IMG/VR virus record: IMGVR_UViG_3300009031_000221
Location: 192,001 to 256,000 of that record
Source: a virus
Lineage: Duplodnaviria > Caudoviricetes
Length of the DNA stretch: 64,000 bases
Direction: 5' to 3' (one strand)
The position numbers and the translations under genes were made by a program. Every line of letters begins with the position of its first letter. The first letter of the stretch is position 1. This document shows positions 1-9,737 of the stretch, one piece after another. Under the pieces are notes generated by a model. The model ran no database searches. It worked only from the letters and a program-made list of their open reading frames with translations, and was not told the DNA's origin.

Positions 1-559
1 TAGATGTAAATCAATACTACGGGACTCCTACGGAGTCCCTCTACCTACAAGATCCTCTTATCTAGAGAATCTGTCCCGTAGGAAAAGGGATTGTCCAAAG
101 AACAGGTATCAGCCTTATTGGGATTCATCAGCCTTCTGAATCTCCGGGCTATACCCTCGCCTCCGTTCTAAGCCAAAGCCTGGAATGAGGAGGAAACCGC
201 TTCGCGGCCTACCAACCTGAGAGGGAGAAGGTGACTCCCCGCAAGGAAGGTTTTTTGGTTTTCCCCTCGGTAGGGGAAGTATCTAAGTCAGAGGACGCCC
301 ACATAACTCAATGGTGTTCCTACTTGTTACCAAGCTGCTTACCTTCGAGAAGAACTCCGGGACTGGAATTCTCAACTAGACCTCCGAGTTATGAAACCCA
401 TCGTTGAACCTCCTAAAAGGATACCGTTGGGAAACAGCGAACCAGAGCGGTAGAAGCACTCGATCCTCGCACAGAGGATCGTGACCTAAACATCGAACCG
501 GCTGCATAATGGACTTGATCCCTAGTAGGAGTCAAGTCCATTTTGGCAGCGACATCAAA

Positions 560-1768
560 TTAACGGCACAATAGAACTGGAATCTGATCGAGAGCCTGAC
601 GTAGGGTAAACATGGAAGCTACACGGTGGGCTGCAGCGCTAGTCTTACCCATGTCTTCTTCGATGGCTTCGATCGCATCAGGGAGATCTCCCTCAAACCC
701 TTCGGACTCCATCTTGTAGGCAAGCGCCTGCGATAGAGCCCTATTAGCCTGCAACATAGCGGAAAATTTAGGCCAAGCCTTCTTCCAATGATTGCTATAG
801 AATGATCCCTTAGCTATATGTGTTAGAAATGCCATGTCGTTGAGATCGGGAATTCTCCCAATCTTGATTCCACGCCTATTGGTTTCCGCATCAAATGATG
901 CCTCCAATTCCTGCTTCCACTTATCGAATCCTTCGGTATCTCCTGGTAATTCTGGATTCTTCCCTATAATTTCCATTATCCAATTGGATTTAAGGGTGTT
1001 GTAATCAATGTTACTAGTGACGATATCTAGCCATAGGGTCATGGGCTTGGAAATGCTAAATGCTTCACGCATGACTTCTTGGATTTTCCTAGAACCTGGA
1101 TCAGTACCGTGAATCAGGTTGCCTAATAGGAAGTCCGCACTGCTCTGGCTGGGCTTCGTATCCGAGAAGTCGATAACGGCTCCCTCATCATCCGTAGGCA
1201 TTTCGCTTTCAAGCCGAACGCTCTTGTTGTGATCGCTGACTCGACGAATGAACAATGCCCCAAGGGCTCCACGGGCAAGTGCCTCAGGCAATTCGGTTCC
1301 ATCCAGGATTTTGTTACGAAGGTGTTTGCCCATCTCATAGGCAGGTCGAAGGCGTTCCTTTGGTGAATCCGCCTTGAGGGGAACGCCCATGATGGCATTG
1401 TTGAATACGTCTAGCGGCTCAAGTCCCTTGATGAGGGGGTACTTGATGATCGTCCCCTTCAGGATCTTTTCTAGAATGATGAACATCCCCGATGATTCCG
1501 GGCTGAACCATGCCGGATTCACTTTTTGCTCCCGCAAGGTACGGCTTGCCTTGGCGAGTCCAAGTTTGCCTTGCTTCCACCAGGTATCTAGTGGGACGCC
1601 TGCAGCACCCTCTAGAACCTGTGCCCGTAGCATCTGGTCATACAACTGCTTCTCGTTGGCAACGATCCAACGTGCTGCTAGCCGGATTTGAGGTCGTTGT
1701 TCAGGACTTGCGTGTGCAAAGTCATTCCGAAGTTGCTGAAGCGCTAGACGGGCGATCTTGATGTTCAT
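560..1768 (-). CDS. Hypothetical protein, possibly late or virion
   Basis: 402-aa ORF; N-terminal AHASPEQRPQIRLA and C-terminal HRVASMF resemble motifs shared by other minus-strand genes here. Confidence 0.75.
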   Translation of the reverse strand: MNIKIARLALQQLRNDFAHASPEQRPQIRLAARWIVANEKQLYDQMLRAQVLEGAAGVPLDTWWKQGKLGLAKASRTLREQKVNPAWFSPESSGMFIILEKILKGTIIKYPLIKGLEPLDVFNNAIMGVPLKADSPKERLRPAYEMGKHLRNKILDGTELPEALARGALGALFIRRVSDHNKSVRLESEMPTDDEGAVIDFSDTKPSQSSADFLLGNLIHGTDPGSRKIQEVMREAFSISKPMTLWLDIVTSNIDYNTLKSNWIMEIIGKNPELPGDTEGFDKWKQELEASFDAETNRRGIKIGRIPDLNDMAFLTHIAKGSFYSNHWKKAWPKFSAMLQANRALSQALAYKMESEGFEGDLPDAIEAIEEDMGKTSAAAHRVASMFTLRQALDQIPVLLCR

Positions 1769-2059
1769 GGCATAATCCTGGGCCTACGCAGGCCTATCTG
1801 GGGGATGCTATAGGCCCGCAACCGAATAGGGAAGGGGGAGCCCGTCGATTTTGAAGGGTTGACTTTTGAGCCGGGAATGGTAAAGTCGTTGCATCATCCA
1901 ACGGAAGGTCGGGGGATGAGATTCTGCCCTACAACCTATACCATCTAGTTTGATTCAACTTTCCTGTGACGGTACCACGCTCAAACGAGCCTTGTTCTTA
2001 CCCGTCACGATCAACGCCAAGACGCGCCCTCTAAGCAGGCTGCGTCCCTGGAGGACAAC

Positions 2060-3196
2060 ATGAGTGCATCCCTTCCCCAGTTGGGGAATTTGACCTTTCG
2101 CGATCCATTGCTTCGCATTCTCGGTATCGCAACCCAACTGACTCCCAACGTTTTCATTCCCTTCAACGATGACTTGATTCACCAAGTCATCGCGGATGCC
2201 GGTTTTGATCTCGACAACCTCGCCCAGTACGGAACCCCGGAACAGGGTTGGAATCTGTCAAATCAGACCAAGCCCGCCAGTTTGGTTCGCCGTGTGGCAT
2301 TGTGCTACCGATTCTCACATAAGATCAACGTCCCCCTTACTGTCGCCGGCGGAACCCGGGGTCAGTGGGCATTGACGGAAGCCGGAGTGGAAGCGGCATT
2401 GGATTTGCTCCTCGAGGATTCCGTTCTGACTGCCCCTCAGGTTGTCCAGGATGCCCCACACGCCCCGATCTTCGTGGAAGCGCCTATCGCCCCGGTCGTG
2501 GTCGCGGAAGCGCCTAAGGCTAAGCGGAAGCCGAATGTCACATCGAACTTCTTGGGTCAACGCATTTCAGAAACGGGCGGGGACAAAGGCACCCTGATGT
2601 CTATCATGCGTCGTGCCGTGATCAAGCACCTGCCCGTATCGCATACGGCTGGAATTGTTGACGATCACATTCAGAACTGTTTCTGCCGGATGATTTCACG
2701 GGACTCTCTGGCAAATCGTTTGGAAGAAGGCGGGGTTATCAGCGATCATGCATTGGCAATGTTTGCGGTTCGGGCTGGATTCACGGACATCCGAGATTCT
2801 GCGACCGACCCGGTATGCCGGGAACTCTATGGCGCCCGTACTGAAAAGGAACGGGACAATGGCGTGGTCCTTCCCCCGTCTACGGACAAGCGGGTGACTT
2901 GGTCTACGGATGAAGGCGAATCCTCCGTATGGTTGACCATTGCGGATGATGCGGCTGGCCCTGAGGACATCGTGACGTTTCAACGGATGTGGGAACGGCT
3001 GGAGAATACCATTCGGGTCAAGAAGCCGCACGTCAGCGAACGCTACATCAACATCCTGCGGATGCGTATCAACGGATGCACGATGAAGGACATTGCCGAA
3101 AAGGAAAATGTGTCCCCTTTCCGTGCCGCTGCACTCATGGCTGAAGTTCGCCGAGTGTTGAAGAGCGCTGTGGACGGGAACAGCTTGGCTATCTAG
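2060..3196 (+). CDS. Sigma-70-like factor with N-terminal Mrr_N-like winged helix
   Basis: C-terminal HTH RYINILRMRINGCTMKDIAEKENVS is sigma region 4-like; N-terminal GQWALTEAG motif; helical middle region. Confidence 0.6.
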   Translation: MSASLPQLGNLTFRDPLLRILGIATQLTPNVFIPFNDDLIHQVIADAGFDLDNLAQYGTPEQGWNLSNQTKPASLVRRVALCYRFSHKINVPLTVAGGTRGQWALTEAGVEAALDLLLEDSVLTAPQVVQDAPHAPIFVEAPIAPVVVAEAPKAKRKPNVTSNFLGQRISETGGDKGTLMSIMRRAVIKHLPVSHTAGIVDDHIQNCFCRMISRDSLANRLEEGGVISDHALAMFAVRAGFTDIRDSATDPVCRELYGARTEKERDNGVVLPPSTDKRVTWSTDEGESSVWLTIADDAAGPEDIVTFQRMWERLENTIRVKKPHVSERYINILRMRINGCTMKDIAEKENVSPFRAAALMAEVRRVLKSAVDGNSLAI

Positions 3197-3552
3197 AGCG
3201 CGTCCCATGCATCTTCAAGATCTTCTTCGGAGGGGACATTAGCTGCCATCTCAGCTACCACCTTCGGATCGAGTACTTGACCTCGCATCACAAATGAATC
3301 TGTCTCCGCCATACCGACCATGTCGAACACGCCCTCATCCGGCACCTTCATGCCGGTATGTGCTAATTGGCGTACGAAGAACAATATGACGTGACGTGCC
3401 TCTGCCATCGTCAACCCATCCCCCAATAGGGAATCCACAAATCTCTGAGTGTTTGCTGCAATGGCCTTTGACCACAACGCTTGGCCCGCAAGTTGGCGAA
3501 CGTAGATTTCCCATTCTTGTAGAGTCTTAGGGTTCATGGTTTTTCCTTCCAC
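3193..3552 (-). CDS. Hypothetical protein
   Basis: 119-aa ORF overlapping its upstream neighbour in operon style. Confidence 0.7.
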   Translation of the reverse strand: MEGKTMNPKTLQEWEIYVRQLAGQALWSKAIAANTQRFVDSLLGDGLTMAEARHVILFFVRQLAHTGMKVPDEGVFDMVGMAETDSFVMRGQVLDPKVVAEMAANVPSEEDLEDAWDAL

Positions 3553-3857
3553 CTAGGGGACTTGGTTCCATTTACTTTGATGGAATCGATATAATCGGCT
3601 CCATCACCATCGAACCCTCCAATAGATTTGGGGTGCCATTTGCCATCTATTAGAGATCCATAGTCGCCATCAGGGTCTACCAATCCACATGAATGCCCTA
3701 CACTCCCACACCATTGGAGATAGGTTAGGATCTTGATAATTCCTTCTGCCCCCTCTCCGCCTTCGCGCACAACTTCGATGGTTGTTGGATTTTTCAGGGT
3801 GCGTCCAGCAATGTGGTGCATCCAGCGCTTTGTGACATTGGCTACTAGATTTTTCAT
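3534..3857 (-). CDS. Hypothetical protein
   Basis: 107-aa ORF, ATGA overlap with the helicase stop. Confidence 0.65.
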   Translation of the reverse strand: MKNLVANVTKRWMHHIAGRTLKNPTTIEVVREGGEGAEGIIKILTYLQWCGSVGHSCGLVDPDGDYGSLIDGKWHPKSIGGFDGDGADYIDSIKVNGTKSPRWKEKP

Positions 3858-6800
3858 GCCGCTCCTGGAGGAGCCGAACGACCTGAATAGGGGGAAGCGG
3901 CTAACTCAAGCATCTTGCGATCCAACTTCATCACAGATGCCTGTTCTTTGGTCAAGGATGACCACTCCTCTCCTAGTGCAAACCCTTGAGATTCCTTGAT
4001 GATAGCGTCGAACAGATCGGCACTCATTTCCTGGAAGGCCTGACGGATTTGATCCAACGTCGCATCGAATTCGTTCTTGGTTTCCTGATATACGGTATCG
4101 AGAGTGATTTCGGTGACGGGGCTGTCCTGTCCTTGACGCCATGCTCGAGCCGTCCGTTGCTTCATGGACTCCGCATTCCAAGTATCCCGGTCAAGGTGAA
4201 TCACGGTATTGAATGCCTGGAGGTTTTGCCCATACTTGTAGCTATTGCCTAACAAGGTCAAGGATTTGATCCCCGCGTCGGGAGAAATGATCTCCTGAAG
4301 GGCAAACGTCTGCCAGTCCCCGGCAGAATACTTGACGTTATCAGGAGATACGGGCAAGTCCATATATCGACGATAGGACTTCTTGACGAAAGGCAACTTG
4401 ATGCGTTCTAGCCCTTGCTTCTGTGCAATGTAGGCATCCGCTTCCCCTGGTTCACGAAGAATCTTGCGAACGACGTCCTCATCCATGCGAAGAACAACCT
4501 CAGTTAAAGGATTTCCTCCATCGAATATGTGGATTTCATTGTCAAGTGCTAGGGCATGTTTGCCCCCAACCCGTTCTGCCATATGGCTTGCGGACATCCA
4601 ACAGAACTTCTTGTCATCGCTGAATAACAAGGTGCGGCTTCCACCTTTGGAACGTTCAAGTCGCTTCTTGATGATGTCCTCTGCACTTTGGATCTTTGGA
4701 TTCCCTACACGGTCAGCTATAGCCCGTAGAACATCGGGTTGCATTTTGGCTTTCCAGAACGCCAGTATACGGGCAAGCACGGCAGGGACAGGACCGGAAT
4801 CCCCTTTGGCATTAACATATTTCCCTGTCTCGATCATGTTCGCAATACTACGCAATGCCACGTCCGGGTAATTGGATAGATCATTCATCAACTTCATGAC
4901 AGGTGCGAGCTTCGGCGCCGTTAGCATGACCTCCATTTCTTTGGAGGCTTCTGTAGGTTTACCTGAACCAATGTCCCGGTCACGGAAGGACTTGACCATG
5001 GTACCTAGGGCTGCCGCAAATTGCTTTGTCACGCCCCGATATACCTGTTCAACCGATGGATCCATTGTAATGGCTTGTGTGCCATCGCGAAGGGTCTGAA
5101 GAGGTGTTTCTCCTGCAACAATGTCTACATCCTGCTTATCCCCAAAGAACACATTACGGCGGACCCACACTGCCAAGTCTCGCTTCGTATTGGGGTTTTG
5201 CTTCACCCCAAGGATACGCCCGCCAACCGTTTCGCAATAGCGTTCCCGGAATTTCCGCATTTCTTTGTTGTTAGCCTTGGCTATGGGATCATCCCCATTC
5301 AAGGTCTTGTTGTTGCAAACGGCAGCTAGGATATATGCCTCCATCGGATCGGAATCGATAGGTGAGGCAGTCATGCAAATCTTGTGCGGGTGCCATAGCT
5401 GAAGGGCGGGTTCAGCCTTTACGGAAGGCGTTTTACGGCTCTTGGAAAGTAGCTCCTGTGCCTCATCAAAAAACACTGCTACATAAAGGGCAGGATCCCA
5501 AGGGTTTTCCATCCAGAATTCTACACTGGATATTGCTTTCGGGGGTTTGCCTGACTTGACAGCAGTCTTGAATTCCGTGTAAGAAATCCGATCCGTTCGG
5601 GATATAATCGCTCCCGCATCGGAAAGGAATGTTCGCATCTCTTTGGTCAAATTCCCCTTGAGCCCTGAAGGACATACGTACAGGAATCGCCCATTGGTAT
5701 GAATGACAGATCCATCGGGCTTCGTATAGGAAGCATTGTCATCCGCCAAACCATCCCGAATCATTTTCTGCATGGTCGCAATTGCGGTTAGGGTTTTACC
5801 TACCCCGGTATCAAGACCACATACGCCCTTGTTGCCGTTGGCATCAAGCCAAGCTAATGCCTGCTTTTGCTTGGTGCTCAACACAACCGGGCTCATGCCC
5901 CCATCGCGATTCTTACGGGCAGTCTTGAATCCCCCGATGCTATCCGCAGTGTAATAGCCGAGATTGGTTCGTGCCGTGGCCTGTTCTGCGTATGCCAAGT
6001 CCTTGTAATAATCCTGTACCTGTTTGAGGGCTTCCGTAGAAAGCGCCATCCCCTTCAGGGCATCCAGAACAAGTCCGAAATCCTTGGGATCAAAGAAGAA
6101 CCCTGATGCCCGAGTATCCGTCAAGGGAACCCACTCAATGGATGGAACACAACCCTTCTTGGAATACCAAGATTGAGAATTGCAGGACAGGAGCTTCATA
6201 GCATCCCGTAATTCTGCCATTGCTGTCGTATTTGGAATCCGCACATACAAACGATTGGATTGTGTCTTAAGGGTTTCCCCGTCAGGCATTGTGCGAATAT
6301 CGTCCGGGGTTCCTACGGATACGTAGGGTTCACGGTTTCGAGCGTCGATCTTCCTGGGGCATGCCTTGGATTTCCCTTCTACCGGGTCATAGGAATAGGC
6401 AGTGCCTTCTACCATGCGCCCCGTTTCATTGACTACATCGTCAAGTAGACATCCCTTGAAACGCCCGCTGATGATAACCTTGACCGATGTGACGTGAGGA
6501 TTATCACTATCAATAGCCAGGGGTTTACGACGGACAGGGAATATCCGGGTCATTTGACCCTGCTTGGCCTTGTCATCCGTGATGGATACCATTTCTACAG
6601 GCCCAACGAGCCCGTCAACGTCCTCATCCGATAGGGTTCGGATATTTGCTACCGGCAATGTGGAACGATTATGTGCTCGGCTAAGAATCTGATTGGCCTT
6701 GTTGACGGCAGTACGACGGTCAATGAATTCTCGAGGGGTCAGAATGGAACCGTCCAAGTCGTAGACGTGCTTTTCCTGGGTTTCCGGATCAACCCCAAAC

Positions 6801-7474
6801 AGAACCTTACGCCCTGCGAGGAATCCTTCACGAGCCTCTAGCTTGCCGCCATAGGTGATACGGCGTTTGATGGTAGCTGTGATTTCATCTAGTTCCTGAT
6901 TGTGCCGTGTGATGAGGTCATACGCTTCAGGATTCACGTCACGGATCTTTTCAGCCTTTTCTTGCTTCGGACCCATTCGCCTGAAGGTTGCCCACTTCCG
7001 GCGTCCTGTTTGACGGGCATTGATGTAGATCCCCTTATCTCGTGCCGCGGCCTCAATGATGGGGACGAGGATGTTATTGATCTTCATCCAGGTCAGGCTG
7101 TCATCCACGCGCCCGCTAGCCAAACGCCCAAGGAATAGGCTCAAGTCCGTTCGGCTCTCCGCAATCATATTGACAACAAGCGGGGACAAAGGACGGCCAT
7201 CAAAAGGACTTGTTACCTGAACAAGCCTATTTGCCGCCATGATGTACTGCTGCTTGATATCACTAGGGGCGGGTTCGCCAAGTTCAATCCGTTTGAGCAT
7301 TGGATAAAACTCGAAGAATTCCAATCCTCGCTGAGTGAAAGTTCGGCGAAACCGATCCATCAAGGATCGGGGAATCAGATTGTCTGCTACGAGTTCGTCC
7401 CTGTCATCCAGTTCGGGAACAGGGTCATCCTCTGCCGCGAACTTCAACAGAATCTCGGTGGCAACGTCGTGCAT
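3854..7474 (-). CDS. Large SF2 (SNF2-like) helicase/ATPase
   Basis: Walker A GLDTGVGKT, Walker B FFDEAQE, motif III MTASP, motif VI QRTARAWRQGQ. Confidence 0.85.
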   Translation of the reverse strand: MHDVATEILLKFAAEDDPVPELDDRDELVADNLIPRSLMDRFRRTFTQRGLEFFEFYPMLKRIELGEPAPSDIKQQYIMAANRLVQVTSPFDGRPLSPLVVNMIAESRTDLSLFLGRLASGRVDDSLTWMKINNILVPIIEAAARDKGIYINARQTGRRKWATFRRMGPKQEKAEKIRDVNPEAYDLITRHNQELDEITATIKRRITYGGKLEAREGFLAGRKVLFGVDPETQEKHVYDLDGSILTPREFIDRRTAVNKANQILSRAHNRSTLPVANIRTLSDEDVDGLVGPVEMVSITDDKAKQGQMTRIFPVRRKPLAIDSDNPHVTSVKVIISGRFKGCLLDDVVNETGRMVEGTAYSYDPVEGKSKACPRKIDARNREPYVSVGTPDDIRTMPDGETLKTQSNRLYVRIPNTTAMAELRDAMKLLSCNSQSWYSKKGCVPSIEWVPLTDTRASGFFFDPKDFGLVLDALKGMALSTEALKQVQDYYKDLAYAEQATARTNLGYYTADSIGGFKTARKNRDGGMSPVVLSTKQKQALAWLDANGNKGVCGLDTGVGKTLTAIATMQKMIRDGLADDNASYTKPDGSVIHTNGRFLYVCPSGLKGNLTKEMRTFLSDAGAIISRTDRISYTEFKTAVKSGKPPKAISSVEFWMENPWDPALYVAVFFDEAQELLSKSRKTPSVKAEPALQLWHPHKICMTASPIDSDPMEAYILAAVCNNKTLNGDDPIAKANNKEMRKFRERYCETVGGRILGVKQNPNTKRDLAVWVRRNVFFGDKQDVDIVAGETPLQTLRDGTQAITMDPSVEQVYRGVTKQFAAALGTMVKSFRDRDIGSGKPTEASKEMEVMLTAPKLAPVMKLMNDLSNYPDVALRSIANMIETGKYVNAKGDSGPVPAVLARILAFWKAKMQPDVLRAIADRVGNPKIQSAEDIIKKRLERSKGGSRTLLFSDDKKFCWMSASHMAERVGGKHALALDNEIHIFDGGNPLTEVVLRMDEDVVRKILREPGEADAYIAQKQGLERIKLPFVKKSYRRYMDLPVSPDNVKYSAGDWQTFALQEIISPDAGIKSLTLLGNSYKYGQNLQAFNTVIHLDRDTWNAESMKQRTARAWRQGQDSPVTEITLDTVYQETKNEFDATLDQIRQAFQEMSADLFDAIIKESQGFALGEEWSSLTKEQASVMKLDRKMLELAASPYSGRSAPPGAA

Positions 7475-7489
7475 AGGTTCCCCTGATTT

Positions 7490-9670
7490 TTAGTCTTCCC
7501 AGATGATCCAATCTTCAACGGTCTTGGGGCCTACCGAAGCGGTCTTGCGTTCGGCATCTGGATAGCTGGAATGAAGCATCTTGGCGTAGACACAACCCGC
7601 CTGCTTCGAGTGTTCCTTGAGGAACCCTGTGATCAGGTTATGTGCATCCGCCTTGCGGCTATGCAAATCAGATGTCATTGTACCGGCATTTTCACGGACA
7701 CTCGAGCATGCATGAAGCCCTAGGCTCGCGGTCTTGGTGGAATAGCCGTAGAGGCCATACTTCCGTGCAGCAACCTTATCAATGGGCTTACCCACATCGG
7801 CGGCTACGCGGAGTTCTGCCAAGCGCATTGTCGATGCAATCCTAGGGCCAATGCTCTTCATAGCTTCCACGAGGATCTTGGCAGGCAATGAGTTGCTCCG
7901 CTTTGCATGCGCCGCAAGGAATGGTGCAACGTTCTCATCCTTCTTGTAGGCAGCCTTGGCAATCTTCGATGCCATACGGGTCAACTTGCTAATGGAACCT
8001 TCGCAGCAGGACTGAATCGAACGGGTGAAACCGTAGAGTCCTGTAGGGGCAACTGCGGCAACCTTGACTCCATTGATCTCATCCCATTGAGTTTCCAATG
8101 CCGTCTTGAATTGATCCGCATGTTCCTTGTTCTGCTTCTTCCAATCTGCCGCGTCCTCAGGGCTCATGTTTTCCGTTGGGTCGGCGGGCTTACCCTTCTC
8201 GAACTTGCCTTCCTTGGCGTCATTGTCCTCTTCGGATGCACGGAATGGGAATGGTTTACGGCTAGGCTGCTTGGGTGCGGGGCCTTGCTGCGTTTCGGGC
8301 TTCCGGAACCTTGGTAGAAGCGTGACCTTCAATCCAGCCCTACGTCCGACAGCCAGTATTCCAGGGGTGGCTTCCTGAAGTGCCCCCTCAGGAAGCTCTA
8401 GGTGAACAACGGTTTCCCGTTGCAACCCCTGCATTTCCTGACCCCGGGTCAAAGGTGGGCTGTACTCAGGGCTAACCACACGGATAAATCCATCATCATG
8501 CGGAATCCCCTCATCATCCTTGAATGGAAAATCGAAACCCATGAGGTCGTTGATGGTGTCCCGATTGAAAGGCTTGTTACCTACGAATGAAAAGTAGGCA
8601 TGTTCAACTTTGTGCGAATATCCCGCTTCCTTGTGCTTGTCCTTGACAACATCTTTGTACTTCTCGGTATTGGCTTCCCACGCTTTGCATTCCGATTCGT
8701 CCAAATTATCAGGACAACCCTCAGCTAGCATTTCCAATTCCGCAATCGCATCCGAGGCACGTCGATCTTCCAATCCCGGAATCATTGATCCTTCGCCTTC
8801 CTCATCCCGTGGGTCGGCGTAATCAACATCCCCTTCGTTCCAAGTGGCTTCCTTGAACTTATCCTTGTATCTGTCCGTATTGGCTTCCCATTCTTTGCAT
8901 TCGGACTCATCCAAGTTGTCGGGGCAACCCTCAGCCATGAATTCCAATTCTGCGAACTCATCATTTGCCAATCGATATTCCATTCCAGGCATCATAGATC
9001 CTTCCCCTTCCTCATCCCGGGGGTCATCGAACTTGTCGATTTCACCTTCGTTCCAAGTAGCAATAGGGTCCAACTTGTTGGGACCACTATCGCCCTTTGT
9101 ATTTTCATCCCCTGCCTTCTTGCCCTCGTAATACAACGCGGCAAGTCTATTGGCGGCATGATCTTCCGCAGTGAAATACTGTGACGTAGGCATGGTGCAA
9201 CTCTCTGCTCCAGGGTTCTTGTACTTGCAGTAGATTGACCATGCGGTTGCCCAGGCCTTAGCGTCATCATAGTCCGGATTCGATTCCTTGACTTCCTTGA
9301 CGTAGCGCTCAACATCCGCAGGGATGTCCCCAATGGCCAACTTGGAAAGGGCGAAATGTGCTGTATCTACGCTGCCATACTTCGATGATTCATCATGAAT
9401 TTCCAACTTGTCCCAACCTAATTTGGCTACAGCCTTTTGCAGTTTGTCCTCAGCCGTATAGGACGGTTCATCGCCCTTGCCCAAGACGGTGAATTGATAA
9501 CGGTGTTCTTTATCCGCGGCGGTCTTGAACTTGTCCCCATGTAGGTCATTCATTTCCTTCCACTTCTTGGCATCCTCGGGAGACATGTTCTGAGTAGGGT
9601 CGGCGGGAACGCCTTCTTCAAAGCGTGCAATCCGCTCAAGTTCCGTCATCAGGGTGTTGCTGTCATTCAT
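7490..9670 (-). CDS. Acidic repeat-rich mosaic protein, candidate internal virion protein
   Basis: 726 aa; two copies each of PADPTxNMSPEDA, EGCPDNLDESEC and DPRDEEGEGSM modules. Confidence 0.75.
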   Translation of the reverse strand: MNDSNTLMTELERIARFEEGVPADPTQNMSPEDAKKWKEMNDLHGDKFKTAADKEHRYQFTVLGKGDEPSYTAEDKLQKAVAKLGWDKLEIHDESSKYGSVDTAHFALSKLAIGDIPADVERYVKEVKESNPDYDDAKAWATAWSIYCKYKNPGAESCTMPTSQYFTAEDHAANRLAALYYEGKKAGDENTKGDSGPNKLDPIATWNEGEIDKFDDPRDEEGEGSMMPGMEYRLANDEFAELEFMAEGCPDNLDESECKEWEANTDRYKDKFKEATWNEGDVDYADPRDEEGEGSMIPGLEDRRASDAIAELEMLAEGCPDNLDESECKAWEANTEKYKDVVKDKHKEAGYSHKVEHAYFSFVGNKPFNRDTINDLMGFDFPFKDDEGIPHDDGFIRVVSPEYSPPLTRGQEMQGLQRETVVHLELPEGALQEATPGILAVGRRAGLKVTLLPRFRKPETQQGPAPKQPSRKPFPFRASEEDNDAKEGKFEKGKPADPTENMSPEDAADWKKQNKEHADQFKTALETQWDEINGVKVAAVAPTGLYGFTRSIQSCCEGSISKLTRMASKIAKAAYKKDENVAPFLAAHAKRSNSLPAKILVEAMKSIGPRIASTMRLAELRVAADVGKPIDKVAARKYGLYGYSTKTASLGLHACSSVRENAGTMTSDLHSRKADAHNLITGFLKEHSKQAGCVYAKMLHSSYPDAERKTASVGPKTVEDWIIWED
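8660..9075 (-). repeat. About two tandem 210-bp (70-aa) repeats inside the 726-aa ORF
   Basis: AEGCPDNLDESECK...DPRDEEGEGSM(I/M)PG unit recurs with a 70-aa period. Confidence 0.8.
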
Positions 9671-9737
9671 GGTGTGTTCCTCAGGTTCCGATCGTCTACT
9701 TGGGGTTATTGTATCAGGTGGCTACCGAATCCCCGGA

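Noticed and set aside
1-559. Possible origin or terminal repeat region with hairpins
   Set aside because: Only isolated hairpins; no iterons or repeats that I could support, and the window edge truncates the context.
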